From Hyphomicrobiales bacterium (GTDB lineage: Bacteria > Pseudomonadota > Alphaproteobacteria > Rhizobiales > Beijerinckiaceae): DNA of 64,000 bases. The DNA is taken from positions 1,978-65,977 of the forward strand of contig JANMMT010000216.1 in assembly GCA_031373545.1 (NCBI GenBank). The letters run 5' to 3'. How positions within the stretch are numbered: position 1 is the first letter of the stretch; each line of letters starts with the position of its first letter. Positions 19,616 to 29,687 of the stretch are shown here, piece by piece. The position numbers and the translations under genes were made by a program. The notes beneath the pieces were generated by a model. The model saw only the letters and a program-made list of their open reading frames with translations, was not told the origin of the DNA and ran no database searches.

Positions 19616-20658
19616 CCAATCCCGTTCTGGTCGAGGCGCTGCGGGGCGGAATGGTGGAGTCTGCGCATCGCGGTGCAATCGCTGTGGTGGATGCTGACGG
19701 CGCATTGGTGCTGGAAATCGGCGACATCGACCGCCCGATTTTTCCCCGATCGGCCATCAAAGGCCTGCAAGCGATCCCGTTGATCGAGAGCGGCGCCGCA
19801 GAGCGCTTTGGCCTGACGGATGCGGAAATCGCGCTGGCCTGCGCCTCGCATAACGGTGAGCTAGCCCATGCGGCTCTGGCGGCGAGCATGCTGGCCAAAG
19901 CCGGACGCGATGCACGCAGCCTGGAGTGCGGGGCGCACTGGCCCATGCGTGCCCATCGGCTGGCCGAGAAAGCCGCGCCCTGGGGCCGCTTGCGCGACAG
20001 CCTGGAGCCTCTGTTCGCAACAGGCGCACCGTCAGCGCTGCACAACAATTGTTCGGGCAAGCATGCGGGCTTCATCTGCACCGCCTGCTCGCTGGAGCAC
20101 GATCCTGCGGGTTATGTGGGGGCCAATCACCCCACCATGCGAGCCGTGACGGCCGCTATGGAGGACATGACCGGCGTGGCGCTGGCCAATCAGGCAACCT
20201 GCGGCACAGACGGTTGTTCGATCCCGACCTATGCCCTCCCCTTGCGCGCGCTGGCGCTTGGCTTTGCGCGCTTTGGCACTGGCCATGGGCTGGGAAGCCT
20301 CCGCGCCAAGGCTGTTGCGCGCATTCGCCGGGCTGTCGCGGCCGCACCGTTTTCTGTCGCGGGCACGGACCGCTTCGACACAGTTCTGATGCAGGCCCTT
20401 GGGGCGCGTGCCTTCGTCAAGGTGGGGGCGGAGGGTGTCTACTGCGCGAGCTTCCCCGAGCTGGGCATGGGCATTGCGCTCAAATGCGATGATGGCACGA
20501 CGCGCGCCGCCGAAGTGATGATGGCCGCGCTTGTGCGCCGGTTTCTGCCGCTGGATCATGCGGAAGAGGCGACGCTCGGCCCCTTGCTCACCCAGCCCAT
20601 GACGAACTGGAATGGCCTACGCACGGGCGAAGTGCGGCCGGCGGGTGCGCTGGCGTGA
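19612..20658 (+). CDS. Asparaginase-II-family protein
   Basis: ATG 19612 overlaps the SURF1 stop (ATGA). MTNPVLVEALRGGMVESAHRGAIAVVD...RSAIKGLQAIPLIESGA...ACASHNGE...NCSGKHAGF matches the L-asparaginase II family. Confidence 0.8.
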   Translation: MTNPVLVEALRGGMVESAHRGAIAVVDADGALVLEIGDIDRPIFPRSAIKGLQAIPLIESGAAERFGLTDAEIALACASHNGELAHAALAASMLAKAGRDARSLECGAHWPMRAHRLAEKAAPWGRLRDSLEPLFATGAPSALHNNCSGKHAGFICTACSLEHDPAGYVGANHPTMRAVTAAMEDMTGVALANQATCGTDGCSIPTYALPLRALALGFARFGTGHGLGSLRAKAVARIRRAVAAAPFSVAGTDRFDTVLMQALGARAFVKVGAEGVYCASFPELGMGIALKCDDGTTRAAEVMMAALVRRFLPLDHAEEATLGPLLTQPMTNWNGLRTGEVRPAGALA

Positions 20659-20758
20659 CTTGGTGTTGTTCTACGCCGTGATGGCTTTGCCTTCACGGCG
20701 CATCAAATCTGCGTTGGGACGGCTTGTTCCCGCCGCCAGAAATTGCATAAGGCCATAC

Positions 20759-21640
20759 ATGCAACCACCACCTGCCTCGCTTTCCATGCCCTGGAATGAC
20801 CGCGCCGGGCGGCTCTCGCCGCTCAAGCTTGGCGTGTTCATATATTTGCTCGTGCCCGTGGCCTGGCTTGCGGTGCAAGCCATGGCCGGCTGGCTTGGCG
20901 CAAAGCCCCTGACGGAGGCCATTCACCAGACCGGCGATTGGGCGGTGCGTTTTCTGATGCTGTCGCTGGCCGTCACGCCGCTGCGCTCCATCGCGCAATG
21001 GCCGCAGCTTATCCTCGTGCGGCGCATGCTGGGCCTGGGTGCATTGGCGTATGTAGCGCTGCATCTGGCCCTCTACACCGTAATGATCTGGGACCTTGGC
21101 AAGGTGGTGAGCGAGATCGCGCTGCGGTTCTACCTCACGATCGGGTTTGTCGCCCTGCTCGGCTTGGCGGTGCTGGGGGTCACCTCCACCGATGGCATGA
21201 TCCGTCGGCTGGGCAGCGCGCGCTGGAATCGCCTGCATGCCAGTGTCTACGCGCTCACGGCGCTGGCGCTGCTGCACTACCTGCTGCAATCCAAGATCGA
21301 CATCACTGAAGCCGCGCTGAACACGGGTGTGTTTTTCTGGCTGATGGGATTTCGCCTGCTGCGCAAGGTCAAACTCAGCACGGGTCCGCTTTCACTGGCG
21401 CTGCTGAGCGTGGCTGCTGCGTTGCTGACGGGCCTGGGTGAAGCGCTGTGGTATGGCTTCATGACGGGCGTGCCGGGCTGGCGGGTGCTCGCCTCCAACC
21501 TTGATTTTTCCTACGTGATTCGCCCTGCATGGTGGGTGCTGGGCCTCGGCCTTGTCATGGCAGCGCTGGCTGCCCTGCGAATAAATCGCAGGCGCTCGGT
21601 TTCGCTTCCCATTGCAGTGACCACACCGGCTGCCCATTAA
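20759..21640 (+). CDS. msrQ: MsrQ/YedZ-like ferric-reductase-type heme b membrane protein with C-terminal extension
   Basis: LKLGVFIYLLVPVAWL...TGDWAVRFLMLSLAVTPL...LGLGALAYVALHLALY...RLHASVYALTALALLHYLL shows the YedZ-type His pattern. About 80 extra hydrophobic residues follow. The start is uncertain: 20759, 20786, or the upstream ORF start 20612. Confidence 0.65.
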   Translation: MQPPPASLSMPWNDRAGRLSPLKLGVFIYLLVPVAWLAVQAMAGWLGAKPLTEAIHQTGDWAVRFLMLSLAVTPLRSIAQWPQLILVRRMLGLGALAYVALHLALYTVMIWDLGKVVSEIALRFYLTIGFVALLGLAVLGVTSTDGMIRRLGSARWNRLHASVYALTALALLHYLLQSKIDITEAALNTGVFFWLMGFRLLRKVKLSTGPLSLALLSVAAALLTGLGEALWYGFMTGVPGWRVLASNLDFSYVIRPAWWVLGLGLVMAALAALRINRRRSVSLPIAVTTPAAH

Positions 21641-21646
21641 ACAATC

Positions 21647-22117
21647 ATGCTGAATATGATCCGGGCTTTCTTCAGACGTTTTGAAACCGGCAACCTCTCG
21701 GGAGTGGCACGCGTGAACGACACACCTTTTCCAGTCATTAAAACCGATGCAGAGTGGCGCACGTTGCTGACGCCTGAACAATATGATGTGCTGCGCGGCC
21801 ATGGCACGGAAAGACCCGGCAGTTGCGCGCTCAACCATGAGAAGCGCGCGGGCACCTTCTCCTGTGTTGGTTGCGGGCAGAAGCTGTTTGTCGCTGGCAA
21901 GAAGTTCGAGAGCGGCACCGGCTGGCCCAGCTTCGACCAACCGCTGGCGGGCTCTGTCGGCACCACGGTGGACCGCAAGTTCGGCATGACGCGTACGGAG
22001 GTGCATTGCAGCCAGTGCGGCGGACACCTCGGCCATGTCTTTCCTGATGGACCGCCGCCTACCGGCCTGCGCTACTGCATCAACGGCGTGGCGCTGGAGT
22101 TCGCGCCTGACGCATGA
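21647..22117 (+). CDS. msrB: Peptide-methionine (R)-S-oxide reductase
   Basis: TDAEWRTLLTPEQYDVLRGHGTERP...SCVGCGQKLF...GWPSF...HCSQCGGHLGHVFPDGP...RYCINGVAL. Confidence 0.93.
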   Translation: MLNMIRAFFRRFETGNLSGVARVNDTPFPVIKTDAEWRTLLTPEQYDVLRGHGTERPGSCALNHEKRAGTFSCVGCGQKLFVAGKKFESGTGWPSFDQPLAGSVGTTVDRKFGMTRTEVHCSQCGGHLGHVFPDGPPPTGLRYCINGVALEFAPDA

Positions 22118-22703
22118 TCGCGCGCAGAACCACCTCCCCGGCGCGCTCCAGTTCCTTCTTGCCTGGGCGCAGCCGCTGAACGCGCGCCTTTGGCATCATC
22201 TTCAGCGGGCGCGGCACATGAATGAAAATGGCTGGAATGCCTGCCCCGAGCACATGCCAGAGGAGCGCGTTGCACAAATAATCGCCTGCATCGCGTGAGA
22301 CCCTGGCAGGCAGGCCGCTGGCCTTGAGCACTGCCGTCAGCTTCGCGGCGTCAAAGGTAGAGCGGCGTGCTGCCCCAGCGCCGCGCGTCAAAAGCAGCGC
22401 CGTTGGCCTGTACCGAACCGCATCGGGCCGCAGCACACTGGCACGGTTGCGCGCCACAAGTTCGGGCGTGATGGCGCGGCGGCGGCCGGCCAACCCAAAC
22501 ATCAGCACCGCATCGGGCTGTGTCTCAGCCAGTATGGCATGCAGGTTTTCAAGCATGGCCCATGTGGTGGGCAGGATGCGTGTGATGCGCGTCACACTGG
22601 CAAAAGCAGGGGATTGAAGCGCGCCCATATGCCGAACGATCTGCATTGTGGGGTTATGCGGCGCGCCGGGAAACGGCCCGAAGCCTGTGATCAGGATCCG
22701 CAT
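22080..22703 (-). CDS. pcp: Pyroglutamyl-peptidase I (C15)
   Basis: MRILITGFGPFPGAPHNPT N-terminus and ...SRDAGDYLCNALLWH (catalytic Cys region). The 3' end overlaps the msrB 3' end; the two genes converge. Confidence 0.8.
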   Translation of the reverse strand: MRILITGFGPFPGAPHNPTMQIVRHMGALQSPAFASVTRITRILPTTWAMLENLHAILAETQPDAVLMFGLAGRRRAITPELVARNRASVLRPDAVRYRPTALLLTRGAGAARRSTFDAAKLTAVLKASGLPARVSRDAGDYLCNALLWHVLGAGIPAIFIHVPRPLKMMPKARVQRLRPGKKELERAGEVVLRAIMRQARTPAPRR

Positions 22704-24091
22704 TACAGATGTGCCAGCAGCCGCGCGACCATGGCCTCCTGCGCCTTGCGCAGCGCCACGATTTTCAGCCGCCTGTCGGGCTGCACATCGGCGCGGGTGA
22801 TCAGGGTGTCTTTGGCGATGGGGCGCAGCACTTTGGCCTGATGCGCCAGGCCAAGCGGCAGAATGCCCCGCTCAGCCGCATCGACACGCGACAAGGCATA
22901 GCCGCGGTAGCAGGTCTCCCCTATGGCATCCAGCGTTTCACCCGCCGCGATGGCGCGCTTGGCCATGGCACCAACTTCACCCGCCGGAACGGGCAGCGAC
23001 GTCATCAACGTTTCGCCAAAAATCACGGCGCTGGCGGCGGTCAGTGGCACTTCCAGGCTGGTGAGGTGATAGGGGCGGTAGAGCGCATAATACGGCCCCT
23101 TGCCCACTTTCAAATCATCCAGCCGCTCCAGCACGCGCGGATGCGGCGCTTCGATGACCACGAAAATGCCGGGGGCGACCCCCTTGGCGACAGAGTAATC
23201 CACCACCCCCTTGCGGGTGAGAATGCCGCCTTCGCTCCTGGGGCGAAAGTAATCCTGCAGTTCTGCGAGCGGCGCATCCGGCCCGTGCATGCCGGGCACA
23301 TCGGGCGCCAGGCCCGTGGCATTGGCGATGCATGTCATCTCCACGGCGGTCTTGGAGCCATCGACGAATTCCACCAGCATGCGCGGGTTCATGTTGCGCA
23401 GCTTGGCCTCGGCCAGGTAATCGTCGGGCATGGCATCTGTCTTGAAAGCGTTGTTCTTGCCCTTGCCCGCCGCAATAATGGGGTAACCGAGCGTGCGCGC
23501 GAAGCGGATGATCTCCATGGTGGAGCTTGGCTCATCGCCCGCGCCCAGCGTGTAGACCACGCCCTTGCGGCGCGCCTGCGCGGCGAGATACGCGCCCGCC
23601 GTCACATCGGCTTCCACATTCATCATCACCACATGCTTGCCCGCCGCGATGGCGGCCATGGCCACCTCCGCGCCCGCATTGGGACGACCGGTGGCGTCGA
23701 TCACGACATCCACCTCGGGGATCAGGCACAGCGTTTCCAGGGAGTGCAGCGCGGCGATGACATCACGGCGGATGCAGGCGCGCGCTTCCGCCACCGTCCT
23801 GACAATGACGGCGCTCCGGCCATCGCCCGCCACATCCAGCGCAAGTTGCACATGCTCGGGATGCGTGGCGGCGCAAGCCACCACCGCGATGCCCTGCATC
23901 AGGCCCATCTGCATGAGAATGTCGGTGCCCATCTGTCCGGCGCCCACAAGGCCGATGCGAACCGGCTTGCCCCGCCGGTGTCGCAGATGCAGCGCTTCTT
24001 CGAGGGTGGGACGCAGGCGTGTTGTGCGGTTCAAGGCAATGCTTTCACGAACAGTCGATGCTGACCACTGTGGCATGTCGCGGCACAACAC
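22703..24091 (-). CDS. NAD(P)-binding oxidoreductase with C-terminal SAF-like domain (COG4091-type, homoserine-dehydrogenase-like)
   Basis: Rossmann motif VRIGLVGAGQMGTDIL. Overall resemblance to the uncharacterised family annotated as predicted homoserine dehydrogenase with SAF domain. Its TAA stop shares one nt with the pcp ATG (TAATG). Confidence 0.65.
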   Translation of the reverse strand: MLCRDMPQWSASTVRESIALNRTTRLRPTLEEALHLRHRRGKPVRIGLVGAGQMGTDILMQMGLMQGIAVVACAATHPEHVQLALDVAGDGRSAVIVRTVAEARACIRRDVIAALHSLETLCLIPEVDVVIDATGRPNAGAEVAMAAIAAGKHVVMMNVEADVTAGAYLAAQARRKGVVYTLGAGDEPSSTMEIIRFARTLGYPIIAAGKGKNNAFKTDAMPDDYLAEAKLRNMNPRMLVEFVDGSKTAVEMTCIANATGLAPDVPGMHGPDAPLAELQDYFRPRSEGGILTRKGVVDYSVAKGVAPGIFVVIEAPHPRVLERLDDLKVGKGPYYALYRPYHLTSLEVPLTAASAVIFGETLMTSLPVPAGEVGAMAKRAIAAGETLDAIGETCYRGYALSRVDAAERGILPLGLAHQAKVLRPIAKDTLITRADVQPDRRLKIVALRKAQEAMVARLLAHL

Positions 24092-24375
24092 GGCACTGGC
24101 GTGAATGCTTAGGCCGTGAAAATCATAAAAGGAGGGGTATCTGACGCGAGGGAATGGAAAGATCAGGTTTTGTTGGCTGATCCGCCGTCAACCGTCCGGT
24201 TTGGAAGGAGCAGGCGGCAAAAGATGGCCCACATTCACCGCGCCTGCGGTGGACTTGACGAGCAAACCTGCCCGCAACCGGCCCTTGCCTGGACGGACGT
24301 CAAGGCGGCACGCCGCTTGCGGTCATTTTTGACCCTGAAGCCCATCAAATGCCCCTCTTTTTATGAGTTCGCGGC

Positions 24376-26475
24376 CTAGGCCGCTTCGCGTATCGAGTTG
24401 ATGAAGCCCTCAATTTCCGCGCGCATGGCTTCAGCCTGGGTGGATAATTCGCGCGCAGCATTGAGCACCTGCTCCGCCTCATTGCTAGAAAGCGCAGCGG
24501 ACTCCTGAACGCTTGCTATGTTGGTTGTAACCACACGTACACCGTCACTCGCCTCAGCAATGTTTGTGGCAATTTCTTGTGTCGCTGCGCTCTGCTCCTC
24601 GACGGCTGATGCAACCGAGGATGCAATCGAGTGCATTTTGCTGATCGTATTCTGGATGTTGTTGATGGCTGTGACATTGCTATCGGCAGAAGATTTTATC
24701 GCCTGAATCTGCATGCCGATTTCCTGCGTGGCCCGCGTTGTCTGCTCGGCAAGCAGCTTCACCTCATTGGCCACAACCGCAAAACCTCTGCCGGCATCAC
24801 CAGCACGGGCGGCCTCTATTGTGGCATTGAGTGCCAGCAAGTTCGTTCTTGAGGCTATATCAGAAATCATGGATGCGACCGACCCAATCTGATCCGTGAC
24901 GCCGGAGAGCTTGCGGAACTCTTCAGCGGTTGTGCTGGCCTCGGAAACAGCCTGGGCGGAAATGGTGGATGAATGCGCGACCTGCGAACTGATTTCATGA
25001 ACCGAGCTGGACAGTTGGCTGGCTGCACCCGCAACAAACTCGACATTGCGGGAAGCCGTTGTCACAGCCGCAACGACATCTTTTGAACGTTCGTCTGTTG
25101 ATCCGGCATTCGCAGAGAGCCCTTTGGCGGCGACTTCAAGTGTCTGGGCAGCTCCCGCCACACCATTGACGATGGCTCCAACGCTGGCGGCGAACCTGTC
25201 TGCGACGGTGTTCATGGCCGCAGTGCGCTCACGCACAATGGCTGTCTCGCGCAGGCGCTCCTCTTCTTTCAACTCCTCAAGGCGCAGGACATTGGCACGA
25301 AATACATCAACCGCATTGGCCATGTCGCCTATTTCATCATCGGCGCGCACTGAGGATGTGTCGATGCCCGTATCACCCCCGGCAAGTCGCAACATCAAGG
25401 CTTTGAGGCCATTGATACGTGTCACGACACGCACGACCAGCAGCCAAATCACAAGTGCCATGGAAGCAGCGACAAGGAGCGAATAAACAACTTCGCCCAG
25501 CAACGCATGCAGACTGGTCCGCTGTGCCTCAACGCTGGCTTTGACCATTTCGTCGTTGATCAACAACACAAGACGCTCGGCGGATGCCAATGCCTGACCC
25601 GACCGGGCGAAGAATGCATCAAAACCTAATGGATAATGGCCCGTACCTGAAGCCGCATACATCGCGGCGCGGACAGAGTTATAATCCTCGAAATAGGATT
25701 TTTGCAGATCATCCATTGCAGCGCCGATGCCAGGTGCCACATTGCCACGATTGGCCCTCATGTACCCCCATGCCTGAAGGACCTGGCCGTGGTTTTCTCG
25801 CATGAAGCCGAAAGTCTCAGCGTCGATGGGCGTGCGATGCAAGGCAGCAATAGCAAACTGCGTGCGGCCCCGGCCTCCATATTCCCGGATGGCGGCCGCG
25901 CGTGACTGCAGCGCATCAAGACTTGTGACTCCCGCTGCATCGAGTGTCTGCTTTTTCCGCAGCAGATTGCCGACGTCCATGGCACGGTCAATCAAGGCCA
26001 TGTAGCGATTGCCCTGCTCGCGTGATCCAAATTCACGCTGCGACAAGGGTCTGGGCAGATCGGCATCAACCGTTTTGCGCAGGCTTGCCAATTCGTTTTT
26101 CACAAGTTCTGCTTCTCGAAGAAATTGCAGCACAGACGGATCGCTTGAAAGACCTGCGCGCTTGCGCATATCCTCAAACGCGGCGTCATTCAGGGCACGC
26201 TTTTCGTCTATCATCTTCCGAAACGCATCTGGGACGGTCCCTGGAATGGAAAGACTGACTTGCACGACTGAACGTTCAAATGTCAGTGGTAATATCGCTT
26301 TCGACAGCTTTCCCAGTAGTATTGCCGCTGTTTCAGCTTCCACAGAAGCATTATATATCTTGTATTCATGCCTGATGCTGAGACTGTGCTTGACCACAAG
26401 CAGGATCACTACGATCAAGGACGCAAATACGGCCAAGGTCTTTATGGAATATCTATTTTTTGAAACAGCCATCAC
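24376..26475 (-). CDS. Methyl-accepting chemotaxis protein
   Basis: TM1 ([15 protein letters not shown]), a ~300-aa helical periplasmic sensor, TM2 ([20 protein letters not shown]) and a HAMP domain. The signalling hairpin reads [38 protein letters not shown] content is visibly lower than in the neighbouring genes. Confidence 0.92.
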   Translation of the reverse strand: MMAVSKNRYSIKTLAVFASLIVVILLVVKHSLSIRHEYKIYNASVEAETAAILLGKLSKAILPLTFERSVVQVSLSIPGTVPDAFRKMIDEKRALNDAAFEDMRKRAGLSSDPSVLQFLREAELVKNELASLRKTVDADLPRPLSQREFGSREQGNRYMALIDRAMDVGNLLRKKQTLDAAGVTSLDALQSRAAAIREYGGRGRTQFAIAALHRTPIDAETFGFMRENHGQVLQAWGYMRANRGNVAPGIGAAMDDLQKSYFEDYNSVRAAMYAASGTGHYPLGFDAFFARSGQALASAERLVLLINDEMVKASVEAQRTSLHALLGEVVYSLLVAASMALVIWLLVVRVVTRINGLKALMLRLAGGDTGIDTSSVRADDEIGDMANAVDVFRANVLRLEELKEEERLRETAIVRERTAAMNTVADRFAASVGAIVNGVAGAAQTLEVAAKGLSANAGSTDERSKDVVAAVTTASRNVEFVAGAASQLSSSVHEISSQVAHSSTISAQAVSEASTTAEEFRKLSGVTDQIGSVASMISDIASRTNLLALNATIEAARAGDAGRGFAVVANEVKLLAEQTTRATQEIGMQIQAIKSSADSNVTAINNIQNTISKMHSIASSVASAVEEQSAATQEIATNIAEASDGVRVVTTNIASVQESAALSSNEAEQVLNAARELSTQAEAMRAEIEGFINSIREAA

Positions 26476-26605
26476 AGTTTCCCAACACCATGGGAGAGGT
26501 TAACTGAAAGACATTAACAATGCCTATAAATTAAGCACTTTAAGCTGTTGCAATGCACTCTTAGATCCCATTTGAAACCGCTTCCGCTGCGTCAACCTAC
26601 GCCCT

Positions 26606-29600
26606 TTATGCATCTCCCATGGCGATCAGGTTGGCGTTGCCACCTGCAGCTGCCGTGTTGGTGGAAATCACCTGCTCGCTGGCAAAGCGCATGAGATAAT
26701 GCGGACCGCCCGCTTTTGGCCCGGTGCCCGAGAGGCCTGAACCGCCGAAGGGCTGCGTGCCCACCACAGCCCCAATCATGTTGCGGTTGATATAGAGGTT
26801 GCCCGCCGGGCTCAGGGATTCCACCAGCCGCATGGTCTCGTCGATCCGCGTGTGCAACCCGCCCGTGAGGCCAAAACCAGTGGCGGATATGGCCTCCAGC
26901 ACCTGGCGCAGCCCACGCTTGGGATCACCCGCGCGCCAACGCACCACATGCAGGATGGGGCCGAACACCTCTGCTTTTAGATCAGAAATCCAGGGCAACT
27001 CGAAGATATGAGGGGCCACGAAATGTCCCTCCGCCGGTGCCGCGCCTGCCAGATGCGTTTTCGCCATGCGCTTCATGTTTGCGATATGCACCTCCAGCCC
27101 TGCTTTGGCTTCCGCGTCGATCACGGGGCCGATGTGGACCGAAACATCGGCGGGGTCACCCAGCTTCAACTCGCGTGCGGCGCCTGCAATCATCTCCAAA
27201 ATGTGATCGGCCACATGCTCTTCGACGCAAAGCAGGCGCAGGGCCGAGCAGCGCTGACCCGCCGAGCGAAACGCCGATAGCAGCACATCATCCGCCACCT
27301 GTTCAGGCAGCGCCGTGCCATCCACGATCATGGCGTTGATGCCGCCCGTCTCGGCAATCAGCGGCACGATGGCGCCATCCTTGGCCGCGAGCGCGCGGTT
27401 GATCAGCCGCGCGACATCCGTGGAGCCGGTGAAGGCCACTCCGGCAACAGCGGGATGCTTCACCAGCGCTGCGCCCACATCGCCCGCGCCCTGCACCAGA
27501 TGCAGCGCGCCCGCCAGCACCCCCACCTCGCGCAGGAGGTCAACGATCATGGCGGCGATGCGCGGCGTCTGTTCTGCTGGTTTGGCAATGACGGCATTGC
27601 CGGCCGCCAGCGCGGCCGCGACCTGCCCCGTGAAGATGGCAAGTGGAAAGTTCCATGGGCTGATGCAGACAAACACACCGCGTCCGCGCAGCCGCAGAAT
27701 GTTCTGCTCACCCGTGGGACCGGGGAGCGTTACGCCTTCTGCTTTGAAATGCTGGCGCGCTTCGCAGGCGTAATAGCGCAGAAAATCCACGGCCTCCCGC
27801 AATTCGGCAACAGCGTCATCCAGCGTCTTGAAGGCTTCTGATTGGAGCACGCTCAGATACGCCCCGCGCCGCGCCTCCAGCAGGTCGGCGGCGCGCTCAA
27901 GAGCGCCAGCGCGCGCGTCAACCGGTGTGGCATTCCAGTGGGGAAAGGCCTGCGCGGCCTCTGCAAAGGCTTGGTGGATGTCAGCCTCTTTTGCAGTGTG
28001 CTCAACAAAGGGTCGCAGCCCCGCGCGCGACGTTGCCATCTCTCTTTGGAGCGCATGCAGGCTGGCCTCATACCCCAATTCAACACCTGCGGAATTCTTC
28101 CGCGCGCCGTAGAGCTGCGCTGGCAGGGGCAGCCTGGGGTGAGCGGCGCCGTTAGCCGCGCCAATCCAGCTGTGCGGACGGCGCAGCAAGGTTTCAACCG
28201 GCACGGCCGGATCAGCCGCCTGCGACACGAAAGACGAATTCGCGCCGTTTTCCAGCAACCGGCGCACGAGGTAGGCCAGCAGATCCTTGTGTCCGCCCAC
28301 CGGCGCATAGGTGCGGCAAGCGACGCCCGGATGCTGCGCCAGAAGATGCTCATAGAGCGCATCACCCATGCCGTGCAGGCGCTGGAACTCGAAGCCTCCC
28401 TGGCCACCTAAGCGCTCAAGATCTGCACGCTCCAGAATGGCCGCCACCGTCAGCGCATTGTGCGTGGCAAATTGCGGATAAAGCTGGGGCCGCGCCGCCA
28501 GCATATCGTCGGCGCAAGCGATGTAATTGAGGTCGGTCATCGCCTTGCGGGTCCAGACGGGATAGCCGGGCAGCCCGCGCTCCTGCGCCCGCTTCACCTC
28601 CGTATCCCAATACGCGCCTTTGACGAGGCGCACCATGAAGCGGCGGTTGTGCACCCGCGCGAGGTCCGCCAGCCAGCGGATCACCTCACGCGCACGCTTC
28701 TGGTAAGATTGCACCGCAAGACCAAACCCATCCCAGCCCGCCAGGCTTTCATCCGCCACCACGGCGGCAATGACATCGAGCGACAGCTCCAGCCGATCCG
28801 CCTCCTCGGCATCCACTGTGAAGTTGAGATCGAAGGCCTTGGCCTGGCGCGCCAGCGCGATGACTTTAGGCACAAGCTCGGCCATGACGCGCCCATGGGA
28901 CAACGCCTCATAGCGCGGATGCAGCGCCGAGAGCTTGACCGAAATGCCGGGGCGGTTGGGGAGCGCCTCATTGCCCGCTTCGCGCCCGATGGCGGCGATG
29001 GCCTTGGCATAGCTCTCATAATAGCGCGAGGCATCATCGGCGGTGCGGGCGCCCTCCCCCAGCATGTCAAAGGAATAGCGGAAGTTGCGCGCGCTGCCCG
29101 ATGTGGCGCGTTTCAGCGCCTCGCCGATGGTTTCGCCCAGCACGAAATGGCTGCCCATCACGCGCTTGGCCTGGCGCGTCGCGGCGCGCACCGCTGGCAC
29201 GCCGATGCGTTTGGCAAGGCTGCCCAGAATGCTGGATGGCTGCTCGCCGGGCTGGATGATGCGCGCTGTTATGCCCAGCGCCCACGACGAGGCATTGACC
29301 AGAAACGCATCCGAGCGCGGATCGTGATGGGCAAAGTCGCCCTGCCCCAGCTTGTCTTCGATCAACTGGTCCTGCGTGGCACTGTCCGGCACGCGCAGCA
29401 GCGCTTCGGCGAGCACCATCAGCGCCAGCCCTTCCTTGGTGGAGAGCGCATAGGCCCGCAGCATGTCTTCCACGCCGCCCAGCCCCCCGCCTGCGGCGCG
29501 GATGGCCTTGATCATGTCCGTGGCGGATTGATCGATGCGGGCCTCACGCACGGGGCTCAGAGCCGCCTCACGCAGCAATACAATTGCCAAACCGGCGTCA

Positions 29601-29641
29601 TCGGGTGCGTAGGGTGCGCGAAAGGGCACGACAGCGCTCAT
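26606..29641 (-). CDS. putA: Bifunctional proline dehydrogenase / 1-pyrroline-5-carboxylate dehydrogenase (no N-terminal DNA-binding domain)
   Basis: Proline dehydrogenase barrel (FSFDMLGEGART, QRLHGMG). Aldehyde dehydrogenase half (FTGSTDVARLI, ETGGINAMIVD, SAGQRCSALRLL). ATG 29641 has GGAG 6 nt upstream. The longer ORF (to 29689) would run into the TerC terminator. Confidence 0.93.
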   Translation of the reverse strand: MSAVVPFRAPYAPDDAGLAIVLLREAALSPVREARIDQSATDMIKAIRAAGGGLGGVEDMLRAYALSTKEGLALMVLAEALLRVPDSATQDQLIEDKLGQGDFAHHDPRSDAFLVNASSWALGITARIIQPGEQPSSILGSLAKRIGVPAVRAATRQAKRVMGSHFVLGETIGEALKRATSGSARNFRYSFDMLGEGARTADDASRYYESYAKAIAAIGREAGNEALPNRPGISVKLSALHPRYEALSHGRVMAELVPKVIALARQAKAFDLNFTVDAEEADRLELSLDVIAAVVADESLAGWDGFGLAVQSYQKRAREVIRWLADLARVHNRRFMVRLVKGAYWDTEVKRAQERGLPGYPVWTRKAMTDLNYIACADDMLAARPQLYPQFATHNALTVAAILERADLERLGGQGGFEFQRLHGMGDALYEHLLAQHPGVACRTYAPVGGHKDLLAYLVRRLLENGANSSFVSQAADPAVPVETLLRRPHSWIGAANGAAHPRLPLPAQLYGARKNSAGVELGYEASLHALQREMATSRAGLRPFVEHTAKEADIHQAFAEAAQAFPHWNATPVDARAGALERAADLLEARRGAYLSVLQSEAFKTLDDAVAELREAVDFLRYYACEARQHFKAEGVTLPGPTGEQNILRLRGRGVFVCISPWNFPLAIFTGQVAAALAAGNAVIAKPAEQTPRIAAMIVDLLREVGVLAGALHLVQGAGDVGAALVKHPAVAGVAFTGSTDVARLINRALAAKDGAIVPLIAETGGINAMIVDGTALPEQVADDVLLSAFRSAGQRCSALRLLCVEEHVADHILEMIAGAARELKLGDPADVSVHIGPVIDAEAKAGLEVHIANMKRMAKTHLAGAAPAEGHFVAPHIFELPWISDLKAEVFGPILHVVRWRAGDPKRGLRQVLEAISATGFGLTGGLHTRIDETMRLVESLSPAGNLYINRNMIGAVVGTQPFGGSGLSGTGPKAGGPHYLMRFASEQVISTNTAAAGGNANLIAMGDA

Positions 29642-29687
29642 GAGCAGCTCCAAGGATTGGCTTGCGCAGTCGAGCCCATCGCGGCCC

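Noticed and set aside
22709-24064. 451-aa plus-strand ORF opposite the SAF-domain oxidoreductase, and similar shadows at 731..2044, 6806..7825, 8587..9669, 29721..30785, 50005..51498 and 51804..52853
   Set aside because: In each case the opposite strand has a recognisable protein family, and the shadow translation is Arg/His/Gly/Ala-rich without motifs.
24116-24379. 87-aa plus-strand ORF in the spacer before the MCP
   Set aside because: It has a GTG start, and the AAGGAGG nearby is not correctly spaced to any start codon. The product has no features. The region is more likely MCP 3' UTR or terminator and spacer.
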